64,000 nucleotides of DNA from Chitinophagaceae bacterium. Its GTDB lineage: Bacteria; Bacteroidota; Bacteroidia; Cytophagales; Cytophagaceae. The notes below the pieces were generated by a model. The model worked only from the letters and a program-made list of their open reading frames with translations, searched no databases and had not been told where the DNA came from. The DNA lies in the NCBI GenBank assembly GCA_028288365.1, contig JAQBNU010000098.1:92134-156133 (forward strand), written 5' to 3'. Position 1 is the stretch's first letter. Every line of letters begins with the position of its first letter. The translations under genes were made by a program, and so were the position numbers. Below are positions 31,584 to 39,966 of this stretch, one piece after another.

Positions 31584-32067
31584 ATAAAAGATTTATAATT
31601 CTATATACAAACCGTACAGTAAAGGTAATGAAGGGTATACGCATGATTGGGACATATGTTCAAAATCAAAAAATAATATTATTTCGGATTCTGTGAATTA
31701 CTATACGTACGCTTAGAAAACTTTATAGGACCTATAAAATGTATGGAAAACCAATTTTGTAAGAGGCCTAGCTTTTAACAAACAATTGATAACCCCAGTT
31801 TTTTGTATTTTAAAACGAGAATACTGAACCGTTTTTTTTTTCTGTGAAGAGAATTTTTTTTAAAAAAGACACAAGGTTCATTTTTGAAACCGTGTCCACT
31901 GATCTTGGCGAAGAATAAAAATTACTTTGAATAATCAAGGATTGCTAAGCCAGATTGTAGGCTATATGCGATTTGGAGGTGTAATGTTAGGGCTATTTTT
32001 TAATTATTGGTTCATTATTTGGGGAAATAGATTAAAAAAATAGGTCAAGCTTTCTGAATCACCGATA

Positions 32068-32934
32068 TCAGGAGGAAGTCATTACATTTAAGCTTTGAGG
32101 AACACAACGTATGGTAAGTTCGCCAGTATGTGCGATCGGATCTCCATCGATATGAATAGGACCGGCCTTGCTTCTTTTCAATACCAACGTTGAAAAAGAG
32201 TGAATTTTGTACAGTCTGTTTTTGTACAGTGTTTTATTCATTAATTGAATAAGAAAAAGAGGTAGCTGCAAAAAAGGAATCGGCGCCACTTGCACAAGAT
32301 CGAGCTTGCCATCGTCTATGCATGCAGTAGGACAAATGAACGCATTGTTGCCGTATTGATTGGCATTGCATACTGTGAGTAAAAAACCGTGATAAGGAGT
32401 GTTGTGTTGGTCAGTTATTTTTTCCGGAATGTATTTTTGATATTCTCTTAAACTGGCCCTGATGTAATTGACCAATCCTCTTCCTTTAATGGTACTGAAT
32501 CGCTCTGCTACCGTGGCATCGAAGCCTATACCTGTTGTACAAAAAAAAGGATGTCCGTTTACTTCTCCTGAATCAATAGTCAGTATGGTGCCTTCTGCAA
32601 TCACCTGCAACGCCTGTTGGGCATCCATTGGAATCTTCAGGTGTCTCGCCAGTCCGTTGCCTGAACCGGTAGGTATAATGCCTAGCGCCGCTTTGCTGTG
32701 CAACAATCCGGAAGCGACTTCATTGACCGTGCCGTCTCCCCCTACGGCGACAATGATACGTGACCCGTTGGCGATCTCTTCATTGACGATTACTTTCGCA
32801 TGTCCCGCATATTCGGTCAGACGTATCTTGTACGTATTGCCTGTCTTTGAAAAATAAGAATGAATGAGTTCCGGAATAGTACTGCTTTTTCCTGTTCCCG
32901 ATTTCGGATTTATAATAAAGGTTATGACCGACAT
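32068..32934 (-). CDS. Diacylglycerol/lipid kinase family protein (YegS/BmrU-like)
   Basis: FIINPKSGTGKS...IIVAVGGDGTVNEV matches the DAGK_cat signature. Confidence 0.85.
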   Translation of the reverse strand: MSVITFIINPKSGTGKSSTIPELIHSYFSKTGNTYKIRLTEYAGHAKVIVNEEIANGSRIIVAVGGDGTVNEVASGLLHSKAALGIIPTGSGNGLARHLKIPMDAQQALQVIAEGTILTIDSGEVNGHPFFCTTGIGFDATVAERFSTIKGRGLVNYIRASLREYQKYIPEKITDQHNTPYHGFLLTVCNANQYGNNAFICPTACIDDGKLDLVQVAPIPFLQLPLFLIQLMNKTLYKNRLYKIHSFSTLVLKRSKAGPIHIDGDPIAHTGELTIRCVPQSLNVMTSS

Positions 32935-32982
32935 GCTGTATGATAATGAATAATTGATAAATTTATACTATTATCTCTTTCT

Positions 32983-34035
32983 ATGATACGCATCAGTAAG
33001 AAAAAACAACATTATAACATCAGTAAATACCTCCGTAAGTATTTGTTCGGTTATGATCGTGAACGGAAAATACCGATTTCTTATTTTGATTTGGTGCGTC
33101 ACCAACATTCCGTTTCGTTGCGCGATGAAAATGACAGAGATACGTTGTGGGAAACTGTTTATTATTCCCAAGACGACATGTTTACGATTTATAATAACCT
33201 GAAGAAAACATATTCCATTCTAAAAACAGACGGGGACTTGTCGGTGATGGAAGATCTTTACATTGATCGCATCGATCTTTGTGTGTATGGAAACAGCAAG
33301 CCGTATCGGGTGCGTATCGTGAACAAGTTAAACGACAACTTCGATTATTTTTATATCAAGCGTGCAGATGCGTCAAGAATATATGGGCTAGAGCTGGAAC
33401 ATTTGTTATCTCCCAACAGCATCAGTTATCTCGTAGACGGCGATACCTTAATTGAAGAACACATCATCGGTATTCCTGGAGACATGTTCATCAAGACGTA
33501 TCTCAATTCCGGAACCATCAATAAACGGAGGCTTGCCAAAGAATTCGTAAAATTTAATGAACGTTCCTTTATTCGTTTATTGGGTGATATGCATTCTTCT
33601 AATTTTGTAGTGGAGATCACTCCTGATTTTGAAGAAGTACACTATAGGATCAGAGCCATTGATTTTGATCAGCAATCTTACGATGGCAGAAAGTTTGTTT
33701 ATATGCCTCAATACTTTGATTCCAATAGACCGATCGTTGAGATATGCAGCGAAGTACTGTCGGCAGAAAGTGTACGTCAATACCAAAAGGAAGAAAGATC
33801 CATGATGGCTACCCGCCTTAGGGCTGCCCGATACCGGATCAAAGAGCTGGGTGATGCCGTCATGAAGGATAATATTGCTCCACCTGAAAATGTCGAATTA
33901 TTGAAAAAAGAACTCTCTAAATACTATAAAGACCCTGATTTTTTGACTTGTACAAACATGGGAGCCATTGTGAAGACCAGCTTAAGAGTGCTGATCAAAC
34001 AAGCCGCTAACTCAAAAATGATGAAAGGGTTTTAA
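32983..34035 (+). CDS. Hypothetical protein with protein-kinase-like (APH/Kdo-kinase-type) catalytic motifs
   Basis: LLGDMHSSNFVV (HxDxxxxN-like catalytic loop) followed by AIDFDQ (DFG/DxD-like). Confidence 0.35.
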   Translation: MIRISKKKQHYNISKYLRKYLFGYDRERKIPISYFDLVRHQHSVSLRDENDRDTLWETVYYSQDDMFTIYNNLKKTYSILKTDGDLSVMEDLYIDRIDLCVYGNSKPYRVRIVNKLNDNFDYFYIKRADASRIYGLELEHLLSPNSISYLVDGDTLIEEHIIGIPGDMFIKTYLNSGTINKRRLAKEFVKFNERSFIRLLGDMHSSNFVVEITPDFEEVHYRIRAIDFDQQSYDGRKFVYMPQYFDSNRPIVEICSEVLSAESVRQYQKEERSMMATRLRAARYRIKELGDAVMKDNIAPPENVELLKKELSKYYKDPDFLTCTNMGAIVKTSLRVLIKQAANSKMMKGF

Positions 34036-34085
34036 TTATTAAACGAAAATACTATCTTTGCACACTCCCGATCAAATTGGGGTAT

Positions 34086-34159
34086 GGCCTCGTAGCTCAA
34101 TTGAATAGAGCACTTGATTACGGCTCAAGAGGTTTCAGGTTTGAATCCTGACGAGGTCA
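34086..34159 (+). tRNA. tRNA-Arg (anticodon ACG)
   Basis: Manual cloverleaf. Acceptor GGCCTCG/CGAGGTC with one G-U pair. D-stem GCTC/GAGC. Anticodon stem CTTGA/TCAAG with loop TTACGGC. T-stem TCAGG/CCTGA. Discriminator A. No encoded CCA. A terminator hairpin CCACTG/CAGTGG plus T7 follows at 34177-34201. Confidence 0.85.
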
Positions 34160-34438
34160 CTGATTAAGCACTTAAACCACTGATATTCAGTGGTTTTTTT
34201 GTTTGTATGGTCCACATTTGGCCCACAATGTAAGCGACTTTAACTTTTTAATTTGCAGAAGTACACTTTTTTTTAGCTCAGTAAAACCCAATAACTTTAA
34301 CTTGAAGTTCTTCCAGAAGTTTTAAAAATAGAGGGGGGGGCTTCGCCAACTTAAATCCACATAGGGGGTGTGGCTTAGGTGGAGAGTGCTTGTGTCTTTA
34401 TCAGTAAATTTTTACCAGTAGACAAAAATGATCTGTAG

Positions 34439-34672
34439 CTATTTTTTTTTATCAAACCCTTTAAAGAACTCTTCGATTGTAATCTCTAAGGATACACATA
34501 TTTTGTAGAGTGAATAAACGTTGATCTGCTTTTTACCATTCTCAATTTTTGATAGGGCGTATTTATCAAAATCACCTCTAAGACCTAGTTCAGATAGGCT
34601 AATGCCTTTCACCTTTCTTATTTTTTTAAGATGAGAACCAAACTTGTTTGTAAATGTCTCTTTATCAATCAT
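34439..34672 (-). CDS. XRE-family (Cro/CI-type) helix-turn-helix transcriptional regulator
   Basis: LKKIRKVKGISLSELGLRGDFDKYALSKIENGKKQINVYSLYKI is an HTH_3-like sequence. Confidence 0.75.
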   Translation of the reverse strand: MIDKETFTNKFGSHLKKIRKVKGISLSELGLRGDFDKYALSKIENGKKQINVYSLYKICVSLEITIEEFFKGFDKKK

Positions 34673-34889
34673 TCATTACCAAACTGAAAGGCAATGAAGA
34701 ATTTTATCATGAAAATATAGTTGTACGATCATACAACTATGTGGTAATTTTAATATCTTAGAAAATCATCAAGAGCTTGGATATTATAGTAAAGGGTAAG
34801 TGGAGTTGATGAGTCAATAAATGTTGTCTATACGGACATCTAATTTAGATGTGAGCTTAATTCACTTTCATTTTTAAACTAACAAAAAC

Positions 34890-35135
34890 ATGAAAATAAT
34901 CTTGTCAGCATTTTTCATTTTAACTGCATTAACAGCTAATAGTTCATTGAACGGCTATAAGGAATATAAAGAAGGATTTGAAAATGGTTATAAAAGTGGC
35001 TGGTGTTATAACAAGGGAGCAGGATGTTATGCTCCATACCCTCCTTACCCTCCATATCCTAAATATAATGAAGATAACTACCAAGGCGGGTATAATAAGG
35101 GTTTCTTACAAGGTATAAGTGAAGGGAATAAGTAA
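34890..35135 (+). CDS. Small secreted Tyr/Pro/Gly-rich protein (81 aa)
   Basis: Signal peptide. Low-complexity YPPYPPYPKY and GY/NKG repeats. Overlaps the next gene by 17 nt. Confidence 0.4.
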   Translation: MKIILSAFFILTALTANSSLNGYKEYKEGFENGYKSGWCYNKGAGCYAPYPPYPPYPKYNEDNYQGGYNKGFLQGISEGNK

Positions 35136-36261
35136 TTGTGTTACATTCAATCCATTCTATAATAAAATGAAAAAAGCTTTTATTCTAACTCTTACACTTT
35201 TAACGCTTAACTCATCCGCACAAAATCTTTTCTTTATTGGTGAAAAAGGATACCCTTCTGCTGAATCCTTTTCATTATCTCAGAATACTGAGGGTAATTT
35301 TGAAGGAGGACTTCAATGTGTAATTGCAAGAAAAGGATCAACGGGTATAATAGCTTTTAGTTTAAAGACAATGACAGAAGTTGTCATTGGAGGTAATGTG
35401 ACAATGTATTTGAATGATGGTTCAACGATAACTCTTATTGATAGGAGTATTTATGATTATGTTGATGAAACAGCAACGACAGTATATTATTTGACTACTA
35501 ATGAGATTGAAAAATTAAAAAAAGTAAATCTTAACAAAGTTCGGTATGCATTAAAATGCATAGGTTGCATAAGCTCAGAAGAAGGTAATTTTACAGCATC
35601 AAATAAGACTGATGTACCATCTTTGATTGTAAACCTTTTTAATACGCCACAAAAATTACCTAGACCATTTTTGAATTTAGAAACAGGGTGGCAAAGACTC
35701 TATATTGACAACTGTGGGAGCATTGATATTCCTCCAACTATGGAAATTCAGTCTAGCAAATACAGAAATACGGAATATTATAAAAAAGCTATGCAGGCAA
35801 TAGAAATTGACACCACACAATTTATAATTCAACAAAAGGGATTAAATGAACATGAGTCAGATGCACTAAATAAATATGCTAGAATAATTATTGAAACTAC
35901 TCTAGGAAATGAGGGTCAATATGAAAGATTAACTTTTGATATAAGTACAATTAGTCAAGAAGAAATAATTGAACTCGATAAAATTCTAAAAGAGCAAACG
36001 TTGACAGACGGAGGAGAAGCATTTAAACTTATAGAATGGAATCCAGTAAAGGTTGAAAGGATAAATGGTATGGCCTGTGTTCATGCAAACTATAAAAGAA
36101 AATTTAATGATGCACCTATTGTTTGGGTTCATGTATATATGTTTCAAAATTATTCAATGGTTAACAAACTTACGCTTTCATATCGAATTTCTGAAAGTAC
36201 TTATTGGGAATCTGATTTTGAAAGAATTTTGAAAAGTTTTAGAATATTAAAAATAAAGTGA
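35119..36261 (+). CDS. Hypothetical secreted protein (380 aa)
   Basis: Signal peptide MKKAFILTLTLLTLNSSAQ. About 30% GC. No recognisable motifs. Confidence 0.5.
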   Translation: MKGISNCVTFNPFYNKMKKAFILTLTLLTLNSSAQNLFFIGEKGYPSAESFSLSQNTEGNFEGGLQCVIARKGSTGIIAFSLKTMTEVVIGGNVTMYLNDGSTITLIDRSIYDYVDETATTVYYLTTNEIEKLKKVNLNKVRYALKCIGCISSEEGNFTASNKTDVPSLIVNLFNTPQKLPRPFLNLETGWQRLYIDNCGSIDIPPTMEIQSSKYRNTEYYKKAMQAIEIDTTQFIIQQKGLNEHESDALNKYARIIIETTLGNEGQYERLTFDISTISQEEIIELDKILKEQTLTDGGEAFKLIEWNPVKVERINGMACVHANYKRKFNDAPIVWVHVYMFQNYSMVNKLTLSYRISESTYWESDFERILKSFRILKIK

Positions 36262-36400
36262 ATAATCCATTTGCAAAATCGAAAAGACTTTATGGGCTTA
36301 GTAAAGCGGGAGAGTTAGGATTTATAGAAGAATATAAGAGTGTAGTCAATAATTTGTTTGAAAATATATAAATCACACCAAATTTTAAATTAACTAAAAA

Positions 36401-36628
36401 ATGAGAACTGGACTTAAAATAATATTAATCATCTCTACTATTTTCTTTAGTGTTTTTTTGATAGCTATAATAGATATGGCCACTGAAAAAGGATCAGGGA
36501 GCGGAGCTTTTAAGATAATTCTAGTAGGTATAATGATAGCAGTTTCAAGAGCAATATGGAAATACAATCCTAATATTGGAAATAATTTAAATACTGCAGA
36601 TGATAAACATCGTCTTAATAAAAAATAG
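36401..36628 (+). CDS. Small two-TM membrane protein (75 aa)
   Basis: Two hydrophobic helices separated by a GSGSGA linker. Confidence 0.4.
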   Translation: MRTGLKIILIISTIFFSVFLIAIIDMATEKGSGSGAFKIILVGIMIAVSRAIWKYNPNIGNNLNTADDKHRLNKK

Positions 36629-36633
36629 GGTGT

Positions 36634-37134
36634 ATGTTTATTGATTACTATGCAATTCTTGGACTAACGGAGTTTGCAACGCAAGATGATGTTAGAATTG
36701 CATTTAAAAAACAGGCATTAAAATGGCATCCTGATAGAAATTTAAATATTGATACAACTCAAAATATGCAAGAAATTAATGAAGCGTATTTGATTCTGAA
36801 GGATACTGAAGCAAGGGGGCGATATGATAATGAGTATAAAAAGTTCAAATACAATATTAGTATTTATAATCAAGAATTTAAGCAAGATAAAAATAACGTA
36901 TACTCTGAAAATAGCTACGTATATAATGTAGAAGATGAAATACTTAAAAAATGGATGGATAATGCAAGAATACAAGCTGTAGATTTAGCTAAACAAATGG
37001 TTGATGATTTAAAAGGTATGGTAAAGGTTGGAGCAAAAGCAGCGACTAAAGAACTAGGTAACCAAATAGGTTATCAAATTATATTTGGACTATTAGTTAT
37101 TATGATTTTACTTTTATCTAAAGCTTGCAGTTAA
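36634..37134 (+). CDS. Membrane-anchored J-domain (DnaJ-like) protein
   Basis: N-terminal J domain (DYYAILGL...KKQALKWHPDRN...EINEAYLILKD) with HPD motif. C-terminal TM helix YQIIFGLLVIMILLLS. Confidence 0.75.
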   Translation: MFIDYYAILGLTEFATQDDVRIAFKKQALKWHPDRNLNIDTTQNMQEINEAYLILKDTEARGRYDNEYKKFKYNISIYNQEFKQDKNNVYSENSYVYNVEDEILKKWMDNARIQAVDLAKQMVDDLKGMVKVGAKAATKELGNQIGYQIIFGLLVIMILLLSKACS

Positions 37135-37169
37135 TAGCATTATTTAAGCGTCTCACATAAATCAAAAAC

Positions 37170-37385
37170 ATGCGATACATATCCCTGATTATTCTCAGTT
37201 TCTTTTTTGTTGCATCGTATGGACAAAAAAAATATTATACAACAAGAATAAAGGTCATTGATAGCGCAGTAGATTCAACACGGGTTACAAAAACAGAAGT
37301 CACTCACTTTAGAGTTATATCCAAAATTAAACAGGTAGACCTAAAAGATTCTAAGGCTACTGCTTTTACTGTATTTTTACGTTAA
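37170..37385 (+). CDS. Small secreted protein (71 aa)
   Basis: Signal peptide MRYISLIILSFFFVASYGQ. Confidence 0.35.
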   Translation: MRYISLIILSFFFVASYGQKKYYTTRIKVIDSAVDSTRVTKTEVTHFRVISKIKQVDLKDSKATAFTVFLR

Positions 37386-37402
37386 GACGCATAGGTCGCC
37401 TG

Positions 37403-38050
37403 TTATCGCTGTGAATCTTCTGCATTCCTATGCTTAGCTTTGGGAAAGTACTTAAACATTTTTCGAATAGCAGAAGGAAGTTCAGTAGAAAAATCTTCCC
37501 CTTCTATAAGTGTTTTCGTGCATTGTCCTTTCCAAACTATCTGATTGTCTTTTTTATCTTTGATTAAAATGATCAAAGTTTCTTCTTCCGTTTTATCGTC
37601 TCTTTCAACTTTGATATTTTCGGATATTGGAGCGGTGTTTGGATTTTTAACTCCTTGGAAAGATTTGCCATTAAAATATTTTTGTGGTTTTAATAAAGAC
37701 ATATCAAGGTCTTTTTTCTGTTCTTGCAGTTCATATACACTATGGAAGTTGTTTTCCTTGACTAGTAGAATAAAGTCTACAGAGATATCAGCATTCAGAG
37801 TGTCAGAATAGGATAGACCATGTTTGGTTAATTCACGATTTACTTCATGTCTTATAGTGGCTTCGACATATTTGACATTTATGTTTTTTATGCTGTCTAA
37901 ATTGTGTCTTCTAATTACCCAACAAAATGTTTTGTAATCATTAAAGTTTTTAAGTGGATCACTTGCAACATACAACTCTTTAGAAGAGTTACACGAGTAA
38001 AGTGTAGCAATATTCAAAAGGAGAATCGATATGGTAAATAAGCGCAACAT
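37403..38050 (-). CDS. Hypothetical lipoprotein (215 aa)
   Basis: Signal sequence with Cys (LLLNIATLYSC). Last gene of a long minus-strand array. Confidence 0.45.
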   Translation of the reverse strand: MLRLFTISILLLNIATLYSCNSSKELYVASDPLKNFNDYKTFCWVIRRHNLDSIKNINVKYVEATIRHEVNRELTKHGLSYSDTLNADISVDFILLVKENNFHSVYELQEQKKDLDMSLLKPQKYFNGKSFQGVKNPNTAPISENIKVERDDKTEEETLIILIKDKKDNQIVWKGQCTKTLIEGEDFSTELPSAIRKMFKYFPKAKHRNAEDSQR

Positions 38051-38059
38051 TGTTATGTA

Positions 38060-39886
38060 TCATTTAAGAACTTGCAACCATCCAGTGTATACAGGACAGT
38101 CGGCTAATTGATAAGAAAAGTAGTATATCCCTGCTTCAACAGATGACGCATTCCAACTATTGTCATAAGCATCATTTTTATAGATTTCCGTTCCCCATGT
38201 ATTCCAAATTGATAGTTTCCCTTTTTCTCCTAAACTTTTAATCTCAAACGTATCATTCTTATTATCATTGTTAGGTGTAATGAGATTGGGTATTTTAATA
38301 TCATTTTTTGAAATAACGATACTCGCTGTATAAGAAGCACAACTGTTTGTTACTGTCACACTGTAAATCCCTTTATCTGTTGCAGTGAATGTTTGATTCT
38401 GAGAATTGTCTTGCCATAAATAAGATAGAAATCCTTTTCCCGCATCAAGTGTGATTGACGCATCATTACAAGACGTTCTATTTATATCATTTCCTAGAGA
38501 AACAAAGGGTAAAGAATCAACGATGATCGTTTGTGACAATGTATCATTACAAATAGAGTTGTCTGCTATACAAGTGACAATATAGTTTCCAGCTGCACTG
38601 TATAAATGTTTTGGGTGAAGAGAACTGGATTGGTTTTTAACTCCTGATGAAGGATCTCCAAAATTCCAATGAAACAATTGCCCATTGTTGTTGGTAATAT
38701 TAAAACTGGTGCTATCTCCAACGCATACACGATCCGCTATAAATGCAGGATAGATAGCCATGGTATCATGATAACCTGGATTGAAATAGCTTTCAATAAA
38801 ATTCGGTAAGCCATATACAGTGCCACTAGAGGCAATAGAATAAGCTCCTTGTTGATAGTTCGCCTGGTCTAATGGATCGTTGGGATTGTGTAAGACATCT
38901 ATTCTAGGATGTCCTCCTCCTTGTTGCATAATGTATAACTTCCCATCTAGTCCGAGCTGTAAGGCTTCAAAAGTAGTGTCTGGCCTTGTCTTCAGAGAAG
39001 AAGGAATATCGGATGCCCACAAATCATATTGGTTTAAATTTGATTGGCCTCCTGAAGGCAAAGTACCACCAGCAGTATATAAATATCGATTATTGGGTGA
39101 AAAACTACAACCATTGGCTCCCGATAGATCTCCCAGATATATAGGGTTGGTTACAAAACCAGTCGAAGCATCAAAGTCAAATAAGTATTGTTTTCTATAG
39201 CCAGGTCCAAACAAATAAGTTGCTTTTTGTCCGTTGGGTGAAAACTTCAAATACGATTGATAATAATTTGTAAGAACAGGACCCGAGAGAGAAATAATTG
39301 GAGGACTAATACCACAAGTGCTCACAAGATAAGCATAGAAAGCATTCGTATTCAATTGATGAGTCATTACCCATGTATCAATTCCATTAACATGTTTTAC
39401 GGCCGCTACACACTCATTTACCGCACGCATTAGTACATTATTTTTAACGGTAATATCTCCTTTGCCATTGTTCAAAGACATGTCTACGATGGAGTAGGCA
39501 AATACAGAATCATTTTCATAGCCTGGAATGTAAGTGGCACCATCACTTGTGAAGATGTAATATTTTTTCTTTGTCTCTGTTCCGATTGGAACAATGACTG
39601 TTGATTGAGCTGTTCCCTGATGTCCTTTCAATCCTGATCCATTAGGCATAGCTTTGTGAGTAGCATCCCAAACTGTAATGCCATCTGTATAAAACAGAAG
39701 TTGTCCTGTCGAATCACTCATAACTGCCATACCACCTGTAGAATTACTAGCGGAGTTAGTCGTTAGAGTAGGAGGAGTAGTACTAAAATTCAAACCTGTA
39801 TGATACCCAAAATACCAATTCAATGCTTCCTTTTGAGCAAAGCAACTGGTTGTAATCAATAAAAAGGTCAAAACTCTTAAATACAT
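38060..39886 (-). CDS. T9SS type B C-terminal-domain (gliding-motility CHU_C-like) protein with PKD domain
   Basis: PKD motif HWNFGDPSSG...YSAAGNYIVTCIA. C-terminus IPNLITPNNDNKNDTFEIKSL...WNTWGTEIY...GIYYFSY matches the type B sorting domain. Confidence 0.75.
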   Translation of the reverse strand: MYLRVLTFLLITTSCFAQKEALNWYFGYHTGLNFSTTPPTLTTNSASNSTGGMAVMSDSTGQLLFYTDGITVWDATHKAMPNGSGLKGHQGTAQSTVIVPIGTETKKKYYIFTSDGATYIPGYENDSVFAYSIVDMSLNNGKGDITVKNNVLMRAVNECVAAVKHVNGIDTWVMTHQLNTNAFYAYLVSTCGISPPIISLSGPVLTNYYQSYLKFSPNGQKATYLFGPGYRKQYLFDFDASTGFVTNPIYLGDLSGANGCSFSPNNRYLYTAGGTLPSGGQSNLNQYDLWASDIPSSLKTRPDTTFEALQLGLDGKLYIMQQGGGHPRIDVLHNPNDPLDQANYQQGAYSIASSGTVYGLPNFIESYFNPGYHDTMAIYPAFIADRVCVGDSTSFNITNNNGQLFHWNFGDPSSGVKNQSSSLHPKHLYSAAGNYIVTCIADNSICNDTLSQTIIVDSLPFVSLGNDINRTSCNDASITLDAGKGFLSYLWQDNSQNQTFTATDKGIYSVTVTNSCASYTASIVISKNDIKIPNLITPNNDNKNDTFEIKSLGEKGKLSIWNTWGTEIYKNDAYDNSWNASSVEAGIYYFSYQLADCPVYTGWLQVLK

Positions 39887-39966
39887 TCGAATGATCTATC
39901 ATGCAATTTAATAAAAAGAGCCATTACTTTTACAAGCAATGGCCCTTCTTATCATGGCATAAAATA

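Noticed and set aside
31405-31644. 79-aa ORF overlapping the 5' end of the T9SS lectin gene and the intergenic region
   Set aside because: It overlaps the N-terminal signal-peptide coding region of a well-supported gene on the same strand in another frame, with low-complexity composition.
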